This document shows, one piece after another, positions 37,465 to 47,825 of a DNA stretch of 64,000 bases. The stretch lies in the NCBI RefSeq assembly GCF_036365525.1, contig NC_090404.1:6882001-6946000 (forward strand), written 5' to 3'. Numbering within the stretch: the stretch's first letter is position 1; each line of letters starts with the position of its first letter. The translations under genes were made by a program, and so were the position numbers. The stretch is from Heterodontus francisci. Lineage: Eukaryota. Under the pieces are notes generated by a model. It had not been told where the DNA came from and made no database searches. It saw only the letters and a program-made list of their open reading frames with translations.

Positions 37465-39290
37465 ATTGGCTGGTCAATTTGGAGCACTTCCTGCCAGCAA
37501 TCAGGGGGAGCAGCTGCACCTGTGTTGCAGCAATTGCAGAGTGGAGAGTGGAGACTGCAACAACTGGGGAGAGGAGAGTGGAATAACTGCAAAGAGGTGA
37601 CTATAGAGTGGAGACAGCTGCATTTCCTGAGGAACTGTTGCACTTTTTCAAAGATTAAGAAGACCTGCAAATCATTTTGGAGAGGTGGTTGTTGCAGCAC
37701 CAGAGAACTGTTGGTTGTTTGGACTGCTGGGGGAGGGAGGAGGCACCGGAAGATCCAGAGGTGGGGCTGCCAAATTCTATAGGGAGCCCTTGTATTTGTT
37801 CTTGTGTTTATCTGCCATCCTGCACAGAAGGGGCTCCCTCCCCACCCCCAACTGTGTGGCTCGGGACGGCTGGAGCTGCCCGGCTGAAGACTAGCTTAAT
37901 ACAACAACAGAAAAGGGAGAGAACCGGGCGGCTCTAGCCGACCCGGGCGAAGAGCCCTCCCCTAACTGGAAGATTGAACTGTAGACTCTGCAGGAAGTTG
38001 CTGCAACCACCAAGTGAACTGTAACATCCTCGCAAGTGTTCTCTCTCTTCTATCACTCGGCCACCTATCCTCTCCTCTCCTTGTCCTTTTCAACCCTATC
38101 CTCCTCTACTCCCATCCTCACCTCCCCCATCATATTGTTTGTGTTTAAGAAAACTGTCATGTGCTTTGTTTCTTGGGGGTGGGCGTAGCTCTGCGACCCC
38201 ATGGTAAGCCCCTCTTCGCCGGTGGCGGGGCCTTCCCGTTCATATGCTGCTGCGGCTGCTGCAGCTGCAGCTGTTGCCCCGTCACCGTTTGCTTTATTAA
38301 CATCGAAGAATGGGGTCAAGAGCTACGTCCACCCGAACATGACTATCGAGACATGCGTGAAAGCAATGGCCAAGGTTGTCGGCCCGTCGGCCATTGTTGC
38401 AGCCTCTAAAATGTATGGGAAGGCAGTGTTGTGGAGGGCTAGGTGCACTTCCACTCCCTCCTCACAGTGAGGTGTTTGTGACGGATTTTAAGTACCTTTG
38501 ACATGAAGATAACCATAGCCAGCCTCAACATCAACGGCAGCAGAGGGGCTCACCGCAAATTTCACAATCTCTCAGTCCTTAGGGAAGGGAGATACACGGT
38601 GAGCTTTCTGCAGGAAACCCACACCGTTCCAGGAGACAAAGCCACCTGGCTCCTGGAGTGGCAGGGTGGGGTCTACATGAGTCACCTCGCCCCTATTTCT
38701 GGTGGCGTGGCTATCTTGTTGGCCCCGACTTTTCAGCCGGAGATCTTGGGGATCAAGTAGCTAGTGCCGGGCCACTTGCTCCACGTCGCCATTCACCTGG
38801 GTCGCGTGCCGCTCCACTTTGTGAACGTGTACGCGCCCAGGCCCGGCGCGTTGCAAGCGCGCTTCTTTGAAGAAGTGGCCGCTCTCTTGATCTCCATCGA
38901 TCGCGGCGAGTGCATCATCCTCGGGGGGGATTTTAACTGCACCCTCGAGGTGGGGGATCGCTCCGGTCCCCAGCGCGGCCAAGCGTCGGTGGAGAAGTTG
39001 AAGGGACTGATCAGCTCCCTTAACTTGGTGGATGTGTGGCGGAATGTCCATCCCGACTCCAGCGCCTTCACGTGGAGGTCTGGAGGAGTGGGGTCGCGAA
39101 TTGATCGCCTCTACATTTCGCAGGCGTACGTCTCCTGCATCTCGGCGGCCTCCATGCGGCTGGTGCCTTGCTCGGACCACCGCCTGGTGTGGGCGGAGTT
39201 CAGTCCACTCCGCACGCGGGTGGGGTCCGCGTACTGGCACTTTAACAACCGGCTGCTGGAGGACGTGCGATTTCGGGACTCGTTCTGTCG
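37465..39290 (+). mobile_element. Tx1-clade retrotransposon, copy B: 5' UTR, internally deleted ORF1, APE domain, 3' part missing
   Basis: ORF1 start 38201 (…GVKSYVHPNMTIETCV…SKMYGKAV), jump to ORF1 end at about 38430, ORF2 start 38503 (MKITIASLNINGS, LQETH, GGDFN, SRIDR, SDH) with a TAG at 38758; homology ends near 39290. Confidence 0.92.
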
Positions 39291-39995
39291 AAAAATACAG
39301 AGACATTTATCAACCCGACTGCAGGTCAGTGACTCTGCTTTCCCCCAATTTAGCAGAGGTTTGTTATTCAAACGGCGCTTTGGTCAGTCCAATGCCTCGC
39401 ACCTACCAAGTAACAGCTTTCTGTGTCACAGACCCCGCCAGTTATGGAAGAGTCCAAGAATAGTTGTCTGTGTCCAGGGTGAAGGTGTTGGTGGTGGTGA
39501 TGGGGCGTGCTGTTGCGTCTGTCACGTGGCAGTCTCCTGAATGTTCCTTCCCAGGTCTCTGTGAGGCCACTGCCTTTGAGAACTGAGTCTAAGGGCTTCC
39601 CTCTGGGGATCATCTTTTGACCATTACTTCCAGGCAGGTACTGAGCTGATCCAGCAAGGGAACCCGCACTCACCTGCACAGGGACTTTGAGCAGATCTTC
39701 CTTTCATCCAATCACTTGTATTATTCTAATTCACAAGAACAATTGTTTTATTTCAATTTGTTCTTTCTTTTTTTCTGTTACCTATCTGTTCTTTCAACTT
39801 CTCTTTCAAATGATTTTCTCCATCAGCTTTTTATGGCAATGGGGGTATCTGGGGATTGTGAAGGAAATTGGGGAGATGGGGAGAAAGGGATAAATGGAAA
39901 ATCGGAATGATGGGGATAAACATTAGTTAAAAACTTCGGACAAGGAGCAGAAAAAAAAGATGGTTAAAGTTATGAAAAAATTCAATGAAAGGAAG

Positions 39996-40640
39996 ATCTG
40001 AGCAATTTACCAGTGGAAGTGAGTGAGGCTTCCACGGGAGATCAGTTCTATATTTGTATGTCCTCAATGTTTAAAATCTGAACAACGTACCTGTGCAGGC
40101 GAGTAAGGTCATCTCTGTGCATTAACCCAGATCTGTCTGTATTCAATGGTTAAAATCTTAACAATGTAACTGTGCAGATGAGTGAGGCTCCCCACAGCAG
40201 ATCAGCTCAGTGTCTCTCAATTTTCAATGGTTAACACTACAGGTAATGTACCTGTGGAAGTGGAAGAGGCACCCTCTGTGCATTGACACAGTGCATGTCT
40301 GCTCTCAATTTTTAAAGTTTTTCATCAATGTCCCTGTGCAGATGGATGAAGCTCCCCTCGGTGGATCATCTCAGACCCTTTCTATACACCACAGTTAACT
40401 ATCTGAGCAATGCACTTTGTAGATGCGTGAAGCGCCTTACGATGGATCAGTTCAATGCCTGCCTGGTCTGAATTGTTCGAGATCTACGCCAATGCATCAG
40501 CACCATACCAGTCTGGTTCAATGATTGAAGACATGAGCAATTTCCTGTGCAGATGGATGAGGCGCATCAGTTCAGTGCCTGTCTGCTTTCAGTGGTTAAT
40601 TATTTGATCAGTAGTGCTGTGAATGCCTCCACCATAGATC
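39996..40640. repeat. Degenerate ~80-bp tandem repeat
   Basis: ATCTGAGCAAT...CTGTGCAGATG...GATCAG...CAATGGTTAA recurring at about 39996, 40076, 40155, 40238, 40320 and 40400. Confidence 0.8.
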
Positions 40641-41319
40641 TGCCCTGTGCCTGTCTGCATACCTTGACAGAGCTGCCAAATGAGGAACATCGATAAAGGA
40701 GAGACTGATCACAGTGATGATGACAGACACCAACAGAGGGCGAAAGATAAAGGTGAGACGGAGTACAGTAATACAACTTGCACTGATGTATCAGCTCATT
40801 ACCCTCTGCGGGAGTTACCAGCGTATTTGAAGTGTAACTAATTACAGATGAACGTGGCGATTTGTGCACATAAACATCGACAATAAAGCATAGTTTTCAA
40901 TTCCCGTTAATGTAATTTTTTTGATCTCGATTAAAGGGAGGAATGTTGACCAGGACACAGCATGGAAACATGGGAGCTTTAATGCCCACCTCAACAGAAA
41001 AGGGATAGTCGAAAGATTATTGTTTCACATTGTCCCTGGAAAGTTTGTGCCCTTTCAGCACTGCACCAACTGGAAACCTAGTTAGTATGCTCAGGTTCTG
41101 AATTTGAGGTGGAATCCACAATCTACTGATTCTGAAATCAGAATCAAATCACTTTATCCAAGCTGCTAGAAAAATGCTTAATGTATTCAGGTGCCATTTT
41201 ATATCTATAATTTTACATTAACATTATATGACGTCATTGCTGTTAAACTTCCAAATACTAATGTCACAAATCGCAACATCAGGAGCACAATTACAAAACT
41301 GATGCAATTGAAATTCACT

Positions 41320-41830
41320 GAATCATGGAATCTGACAGCACAGAAGGAGGCTATTGAGCCCACGGTGTCGATTCTTTGAAAGAGCTGTCCAATCAGTTCC
41401 ACTCTCCTGATCTTTCCACGAAGCCCAGAACATTTCCCTTTGTCAAGTAATTATCCTATCCCCATTTCGTAATTACTATTGAATCTGAATCAGGGAATTC
41501 ATTCCAGCTCATAACAACTCGATGCATAAAAGAAATTGCCTCATCCCCTCCCCTACCTTATTTACCATTCATATTAAATCTGTGTCCTCTGGTTACCGAC
41601 GTTGCTGCCAGTGGAAACACCATCTCATTAGCAACACTATCAAAATGTGCATAATTTTGAACACTGCTATTAAGTCTCAGTACAACCTTTCCTGCTCTAA
41701 GGAGAACAAACGCAGTTTCTTGAATCTTTCTATATAACTGAAGTCTCTCATCACTGATCCAATTCCACTAAATCTCCTCTGCAACGTCTCCAAGGCTTTA
41801 ACATCCTCCCTGAAGTATGGATGGAAATAA
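41320..41830 (-). mobile_element. Old CR1 3' fragment
   Basis: CR1-type tail (CAGCACAGAAGGAGGCTATTGAGCCCA) and degenerate 3' ORF sequence like 10935-11450. Confidence 0.6.
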
Positions 41831-42593
41831 ACTCAACCATTATTTTTGCTTCAGATTATATCTAAGGATTCATGGTCTCTTAAAATTTTTCTGTGCAGTG
41901 ATCTGAGTATAATTAATATTGATTAAAAGTAATATTCCTGGTTCTGACCGAACAGTCAGCGACCGATGTGCTTAACAACATCGGCCTCAGCAGGATCACT
42001 GACGCTACCTGCTGGTGGGACGTTTCATTATATTAACAGTGTTATATAAATCTCAGTTGTGGTTGTGGACATGAGGAACAACATTTTTATGCCATGCGCT
42101 GTTATGATCTGGAATGCACCACCTGATAGACCAGTAGAAGCGGATGTAATAGCAATATTCAGAAGCAAAAGGGAATTTGGTTCAATAATTGATGTGCAAA
42201 AATTATGTATAAAGCGAACAGTTTGTGTGTGCTCTTTAAAGTTGTTCCCATCAAGCAGATGAGAGTAAGAGATCTGAGTGGACATTAGGACTTTGCAGTA
42301 GCCCATCCGGCGGTGCTGTGAGGCCAATTAAACCATCGTCCTTGTAACTTATTGTCTGATATTCACCATCTCTCCCTACCACGCTGATGAATGAGTTGCT
42401 GAAAACGTTTTAATTCTTTCCTGGGATGTGTGCGTCGCTGGCAAGACCAGCATTTTTTGTCCATCCCTAGTGCAATGAAAACCTTAAACCACTGAAGGAT
42501 TTGGTAGTTTTGCAAAGCCACCGTTTGAACGAAAAATGCCTTAAATATGAAAATGTGGAATGGAGGGTACACCCATGGAGGTAGGACTGTAAC

Positions 42594-42747
42594 AAAAACA
42601 AGAAATGCTGGAATCACTCAGCAGGTCTGGCAGCATCTGTGGAAAGAGAAGCGGGTTAACAGATGCTGCCAGACCTGCTGAGTGATTCCAGCATTTCTTG
42701 TTTATGTTTCAGATTTCCAGCATCCGCAGTATTTTGCTTTTATTTTA
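42594..42747. mobile_element. Hairpin mini-element derived from the Penelope-like terminus, with 16-bp TSD
   Basis: About 50-bp near-perfect inverted arms (42591-42640 and 42659-42708); GAGGTAGGACTGTAAC duplicated at 42578-42593 and 42748-42763; arms match 44005-44085. Confidence 0.85.
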
Positions 42748-42997
42748 GAGGTAGGACTGTAACCTGGGTTAGGAATTTACCACTGCATTAGTAATCCAGA
42801 TGCTCAGGGTAATGGCCGAGAGACTTGAGTTCAAATCCCACCAAGGCAGCGGTTGGAATTTAAATTCAATTAATTAATACAAAATGAATTGAAAATCTGG
42901 AATTGAAAGCTAGTCTCAGTAATGGCGCCGTAAAAACTCTCATTGATTGTCGTAAAAACACATCTGGTTCACTAATGTCCTCCAGGGAAGGAAACCT

Positions 42998-44088
42998 ACC
43001 AAGGGTTCCCCTTGTCCTCACTTTCCACCCCACCAGCCTCCATATCCAAAGGATCATCCTCCGCCATTTCTGTCACGTCCAGCGTGATGCCACGACCAAA
43101 CACATCTTCCCCTCCCTTTTCCTGTCAGGATTCCAAAGGGATCATTCACTCTGCGGCACCCTCATCCACTCCTTCATTACCCCCCATCACCTCATCCCCT
43201 TCCCACAGCACCGACCCCTGCAATCACAGGAAGGGCAATACCTGTGCTTTGACCTCCTCTCTCCTCACTATCCAAGGCCGCAAGCACTTCTTTCAGGTGA
43301 AGCAGCTGTTTATTTGCACTTCTTTCAAATTAGTATACTTTATTCGCTGCTAACAAGGCGGTCTCCTCTACACTGGGGAGACCAAATGCAGATTGGTTGA
43401 CCACTTTGTGGAACGCCTCCGCTCAGTCCGTAAGCATGACCCCGAGCTTCCGCTTGCTTGCCATTTCAACACCCCACCCTCGCCCATTGCTCTCAAGCTC
43501 ACATCTCTCTCCTGGGATTACTGCAGCGTTCCAGTGAACATCAACGCGAGCTCGAGGAACAGCATCTCATTTACCGATTAGGCACACTACAGCCTGCCGG
43601 ACTGAACACTGAGTTCAATAATTTCAGAACATGACAGGCCCCTTTTTATTTTTAGTTATTTTTTCTTTTTTATTTGTTTATTTTATTTTAATTTGTTTCG
43701 TTTGTTTCTACTGTGTCTACCCTTTTTGTTTAATGTTTGTGCTTGGGCTGTTCATTTTCCAGTCAATTGACACCTTCTCTGTACCAACGCTTTGGCTTTC
43801 AGAACAGCATTAACATACCGTTTGCCTTTGATCCATGACCTTCTGGTCAGTTATTCTCTTTGACCTTGTCCTATCAACAACTTCTATTTTGTTATCTCTT
43901 GCCTCACCCCCGCTTTACTTGCCTATAACCTTTTACATTTCTAGTATTTGTCAGGTCTGATGAAGGGTCACTGACCTGAAACGTTAACTCTGCTTCTCTC
44001 TCCACAGATGCTGCCAGTCTTGCTGAGTATTTCCAGCATTTTTTGCTTTTATTTCAGATTTCAGCATCCGCAGTATTTTGGTTTTATG
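42998..44088 (+). mobile_element. Penelope-like element 3' fragment (GIY-YIG endonuclease and terminal repeat)
   Basis: RVPLVLTFHP, VYFIRC...LYTGETKCRLVDHFVERLRSV (GIY-YIG-type) and a terminal region containing a hammerhead motif. Confidence 0.85.
43952..43990 (+). ncRNA. Minimal type I hammerhead ribozyme motif
   Basis: CTGATGA (43957-43963), stem II AGGGTCACTGACCT, GAAAC (43978-43982), GTT, with a short stem I. This is the minimal architecture known from Penelope-like terminal repeats. Confidence 0.7.
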
Positions 44089-44950
44089 AACTTGCCATTC
44101 TTACCTGGTCTGGCCGACATGTGACTCCAGACCCGCAGCAATGTGGTTGACTCTTAGCTGCCCTCTGAACTCAATTTGTGGGCAATCTGGGATGTTCAGC
44201 AAATGCTGGCCTGCCTGCGACACAACATCCCATGAAAGAAGAAAAAAAAATATTTTCTCTATGTCACTTACCACCAGAATCCCAATCCTGATTAATTTCA
44301 GCACAGTGGGATGGTGCCTCCTGTTAGTTACACTCGGATATTATTCTCACAGGTTCAGTCGATATTTGGGAAACAGACTCATATTCCCCATCGGGAAATT
44401 AGCAACACTGTCAGATAACGGCGGTAAGATATTATCTCAAAGTGATAAAGGCAGGGTTTGAATGTAGATGAATGTGACTGAGGTGGTTGACGGGGGCCTG
44501 GTTTGATGAACCTTCCGTTGGGGACACACAAGGAGAAGATTTCTTCTGGTTTCGCTGTGGAAATCTCCTGTGAAAACTGGTTGAACGAAAACGCAAGCTC
44601 ATTCTTTTCAAATGTGATCACTGTTTTGCTAGAGATAGCGACCAGGGGAAATCTATCCGACAGAGGGGGTAGTTCAGTGTAAACAGGGTATGCGGATGAT
44701 AATGAAGTTGATGCTCTCGATGAACATAAACAAACACTCAGTGTGATTGATGTCGGCCTGTAAAGTATACCCAAACCTCAGGAAAGACGATGCTTTCCTC
44801 ACATCATGGACTGCACGCACTGACTCACTGACTCCACCATCAGATACTTCATTCAGTGGCTCAAAGGTGCTTTGACCCTCATTTAAGTCTCGTTTCAATA
44901 TATGGCGGGTGGATTGGACACTGCTTCAAGCCAGAGGAACAATGGGACCA

Positions 44951-45020
44951 GGAAGTGACGTTGAACCAATAGGAGCCTCTGACGGAATTGTTCCGGTGCA
45001 GGATTGGCCTTTTAAAGAGA
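44951..45020 (+). promoter_or_regulatory. TCR V-type promoter motifs
   Basis: GGAAGTGACGT (ETS plus CRE-like) at 44951-44961, CCAAT at 44966, TTTTAAA near 45010, all upstream of the leader ATG at 45042. Confidence 0.55.
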
Positions 45021-45041
45021 CCGACAGGTTCGGTCTCGGCA

Positions 45042-45477
45042 ATGGCCATGCGGATATTCAGCGCCTGGGTTGTGTGTGCGGTGTTTATACTTGGTAAGGA
45101 TGACTTCAATCATGTTGTCTCCAAATTACTGTGTTAATATTATTTCAGTAACGCCTTTTAATTCTCGATCTTGTCTTCGTCCTGAACGCATGTTACAGAT
45201 CAAAATGATGGCGATACTGTTACTCAGTCCCAGTCTTCAGAAAGCGGGAGAGAAGGTGAAGCAGTGACTATAAGATGTACCTATAGCACAGGTATTAGTT
45301 ATATTGGTACCGGCAACAAGCAGAAAAAGACTCTCAGTTTGTTGTGTGGAGATGGTCTGGGGATACACGACAATTGAAAGGAGAAGATGTTGGAATTCGT
45401 TTCTCTGCTGAGCTCCAGACCGCGACTAAATTCACCAGTTTAACTATCTCGGGTCTGCAGCTGACTGACTCTGCCGT
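45042..45477 (+). pseudogene. T-cell receptor V alpha/delta-like pseudogene 1 (leader 45042-45093, V exon 45199-45477)
   Basis: Leader MAMRIFSAWVVCAVFIL ends with G|gtaagg (phase 1); acceptor ttacag. V exon reads DQNDGDTVTQSQSSESGREGEAVTIRCTYSTGIS / frameshift / LYWYRQQAEKDSQFVVWRWSG...RFSAELQTATKFTSLTISGLQLTDSAV. YYC and RSS are missing. Confidence 0.88.
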
Positions 45478-45861
45478 TCTCCTTCCTTCACCATCAGTGG
45501 ATTAAAGTCATATTGCCTTTATTGCCAGTCTCCAATTACCCTGAGATGAAGACTCCAGCCCCAAACGGATGATGTAGACTTTTAATAGCTTTGTGTCATG
45601 GACCCGCAAGACGGGCAATTGTAAAAGTGCAAGTAAAAATGGAAAATAGATGCCATTCTTAACACCACCAACCAGGTCCGGGGACTGAATACAAAAAATC
45701 ACATGAGCCAATTCAACACCTGACTAACATCATCTCACACTGATCATTGCACCCGTTCTCCTTCCTTCACCATCAGTGGATTAAAGTCAAACAACATTCT
45801 CCGTGAAATCAGTGTGATACTTCACGAATATTGTACCGGGTGCTCTGCGTTTCAGATCTTC

Positions 45862-47010
45862 ACATTCAAGAACACAAAAAATAGGAGCAGGAGTAGACCA
45901 TGTGGCCCATCGAGCCTGCTCCGACATTCAATACAATCATGGTTGATCTTAGACTTCAACTCCACTTTCCTGTCCCTTGATTCCCTGAGAGACCAAAAAA
46001 CTGCCTATCCCAGTCTAAAAATTATTCAACGATGGAGCATCCACAACCCTCTGGGGGAGAGAATTCCAAAGAATAACAACCCTTTGAATGAAGTAATTTC
46101 TCCTCATCTCAGTCCTAAATGATCGTTGCCTTCTCCTTAGACTGTGTCCCCGTGTTTTAGATTCCTCGATCCACGAATACAATCTCACAGTTCCTATCCT
46201 ATTCAGCCCCGTCAGAATCTTGAATGTTTCAATGAGATCGCCTTTCATTCTTCTAAACTGCAGAGAACATAGGCCCAATGTACTCATTGTACTCTCATCA
46301 TTAGAAAATCCCCTCAACCTAGGGACCAGTTTAGTGACCCTTCGCTGTACCGCCTCCAGTGCAAGTATATTCTTTCTTCCATGTGGAGACCAAAACTGCA
46401 GCCAGTATTCCAGGTGCGGTCTGACCAAACCATGTACAATTTTAGTAAGACTTCTTTATTCCTGTACTCCAATCCCCTTTCAATGAAGGCCAACATGCCA
46501 TTTGCCTTCCTAATTGCTTGCTGTACCTGCATGTTAACTGTCTGTGTTCTTTGCACAAGTACACCCAAGTCTCTTTGAACATCAACACTTACAAGTTTCA
46601 CACCTTGAAAAAAATATTCTGCTTTTCTATTCTCACCGCCAAAGCGAATAACTTCACACTTCCCTACATTATATTGCATCTGCAATCTTGTTGCCCGCTC
46701 ACTTAACCCGTCTATATCTCTTTGCAGCCTCCCTGTATCCTCCCGACAGCTTACCTTTCCATCCATCTTTCTAGCAGCAGCAAACGTAGATACATTACCC
46801 TCTGTTCCTTCATCTATGTCATTGATATAGATTGTAAATAGCTGAGGCCCCAGAGCTTATCCTTGTGACACTCCACTATTCACTGCCTGCCAACTTGAAA
46901 ATGCCTTATTCATGGCCACTCTTTGCTTCCTGTACATAAACCAATCCTCTATCCAGGCTAATATATTAACCTAAACGCAATAAGCCCTTGTCTTGCCTAT
47001 TAACCTTTTA
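45862..47010 (-). mobile_element. CR1 3' fragment
   Basis: LQRDIDGL...KCEVIRFG...VRPHLEYWLQFWSPH; tail at about 45865-45930. Confidence 0.88.
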
Positions 47011-47340
47011 TTTGAATATTGAACTGCGGGGTCCCAGTGTGGGGATACTGCGGCCGTTATGGAGTTTGGGCTTTTCGCTTTCTGGGCTCCTCTGGTATTG
47101 TTGTTTGATTATTATATTTGTGTTTATTACTGCGACTTTCTGCACATTCCACTATTGATAGAACTGACGTACATTCATCGACCTCTAGTTCTATTAGCCT
47201 CTCTGTCTATCTATCTGCCTGTATTATTATATTTCCAACTATCCCACTCTTCCCCTGTTAGTCAATCAATTCATCTTCGGCTGCTTCCTTTGTCTCCGGA
47301 CCAAGGTTTCCTTAAAATGAGAAGCATATTATCTCTTCTA

Positions 47341-47345
47341 CCTAC

Positions 47346-47406
<61 letters not shown>

Positions 47407-47420
47407 GATCTATCGATCTC
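47341..47420. repeat. (CTAT)n microsatellite
   Basis: About 16-18 tetranucleotide units just upstream of the second V exon. Confidence 0.95.
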
Positions 47421-47476
47421 TCTGTCTATTATCTATTCGACGTTCTGCATCCACGGTTAACCAGGAATATTTTTAG

Positions 47477-47764
47477 CGGGAGTGAGTTCTGGTGACTCTG
47501 TCAGACAGTGGTCAACAGAAGCCCAATATTTGGAAGGAGTTTCGATGAGCATTAATTGTATCTATTCAAACTCCAATGTGAGCTCTTCTGTGCAGCTTTA
47601 TCGTCAGAGCCAGAACATGGCTTCCACTTTCGGAATTCAGGCATATCCCGATGGAATGTACGAAGTTAACGGTCATTCTGGAAACGTTCGCAATTCGAGC
47701 TTTTCTCATCGTGACTGGGCTGCAGCTCGTTGACAGCGCCCTGTACTACTGTGTCTTGAACCTA
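47477..47764 (+). pseudogene. T-cell receptor V alpha/delta-like pseudogene 2
   Basis: Acceptor tttttag. Reads GVSSGDSVRQWSTEAQYLEGVSMSINCIYSNS...VQLYRQ / frameshift / KLTVILETFAIRAFLIVTGLQLVDSALYYCVLNL, followed directly by an RSS. Leader not confidently located (candidate about 47059-47094). Confidence 0.8.
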
Positions 47765-47801
47765 CACAGAAAAAGACCTCGGGATACTTCGTACAAATAC
47801 C
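47765..47801 (+). other. Damaged 23-spacer recombination signal sequence
   Basis: CACAG at 47765-47769, 23 nt (47770-47792), then nonamer ACAAATACC at 47793-47801; consistent with loss of TG from CACAGTG. Confidence 0.75.
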
Positions 47802-47825
47802 GTGTTCTGTAAGGTCTTTGGTAGG

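Larger units (their letters stand above)
42775..44245 (+). mobile_element. tRNA-derived SINE split by a Penelope-like insertion
   Basis: 5' part 42775-42997 (GAGTTCAAATCCC B box) resumes at about 44090 (TGCCATTCTTACCTGGTCTGG) and ends with the family B LINE tail. Confidence 0.7.

Noticed and set aside
40660-40810. CACAGTG with a weak 12-spacer nonamer, a minus-strand LYYC and a hydrophobic frame suggesting a V end or TM exon
   Set aside because: Nonamer match is poor, no V framework upstream, hydrophobic frame needs several frameshifts, and the apparent donor lies at the edge of the 80-bp repeat.
44262-44330. Minus-strand CACTGTG followed 30 nt later by a GTAAGT donor, resembling a J segment
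   Set aside because: No nonamer at 12 or 23 spacing and no FGXG/WGXG in any frame.
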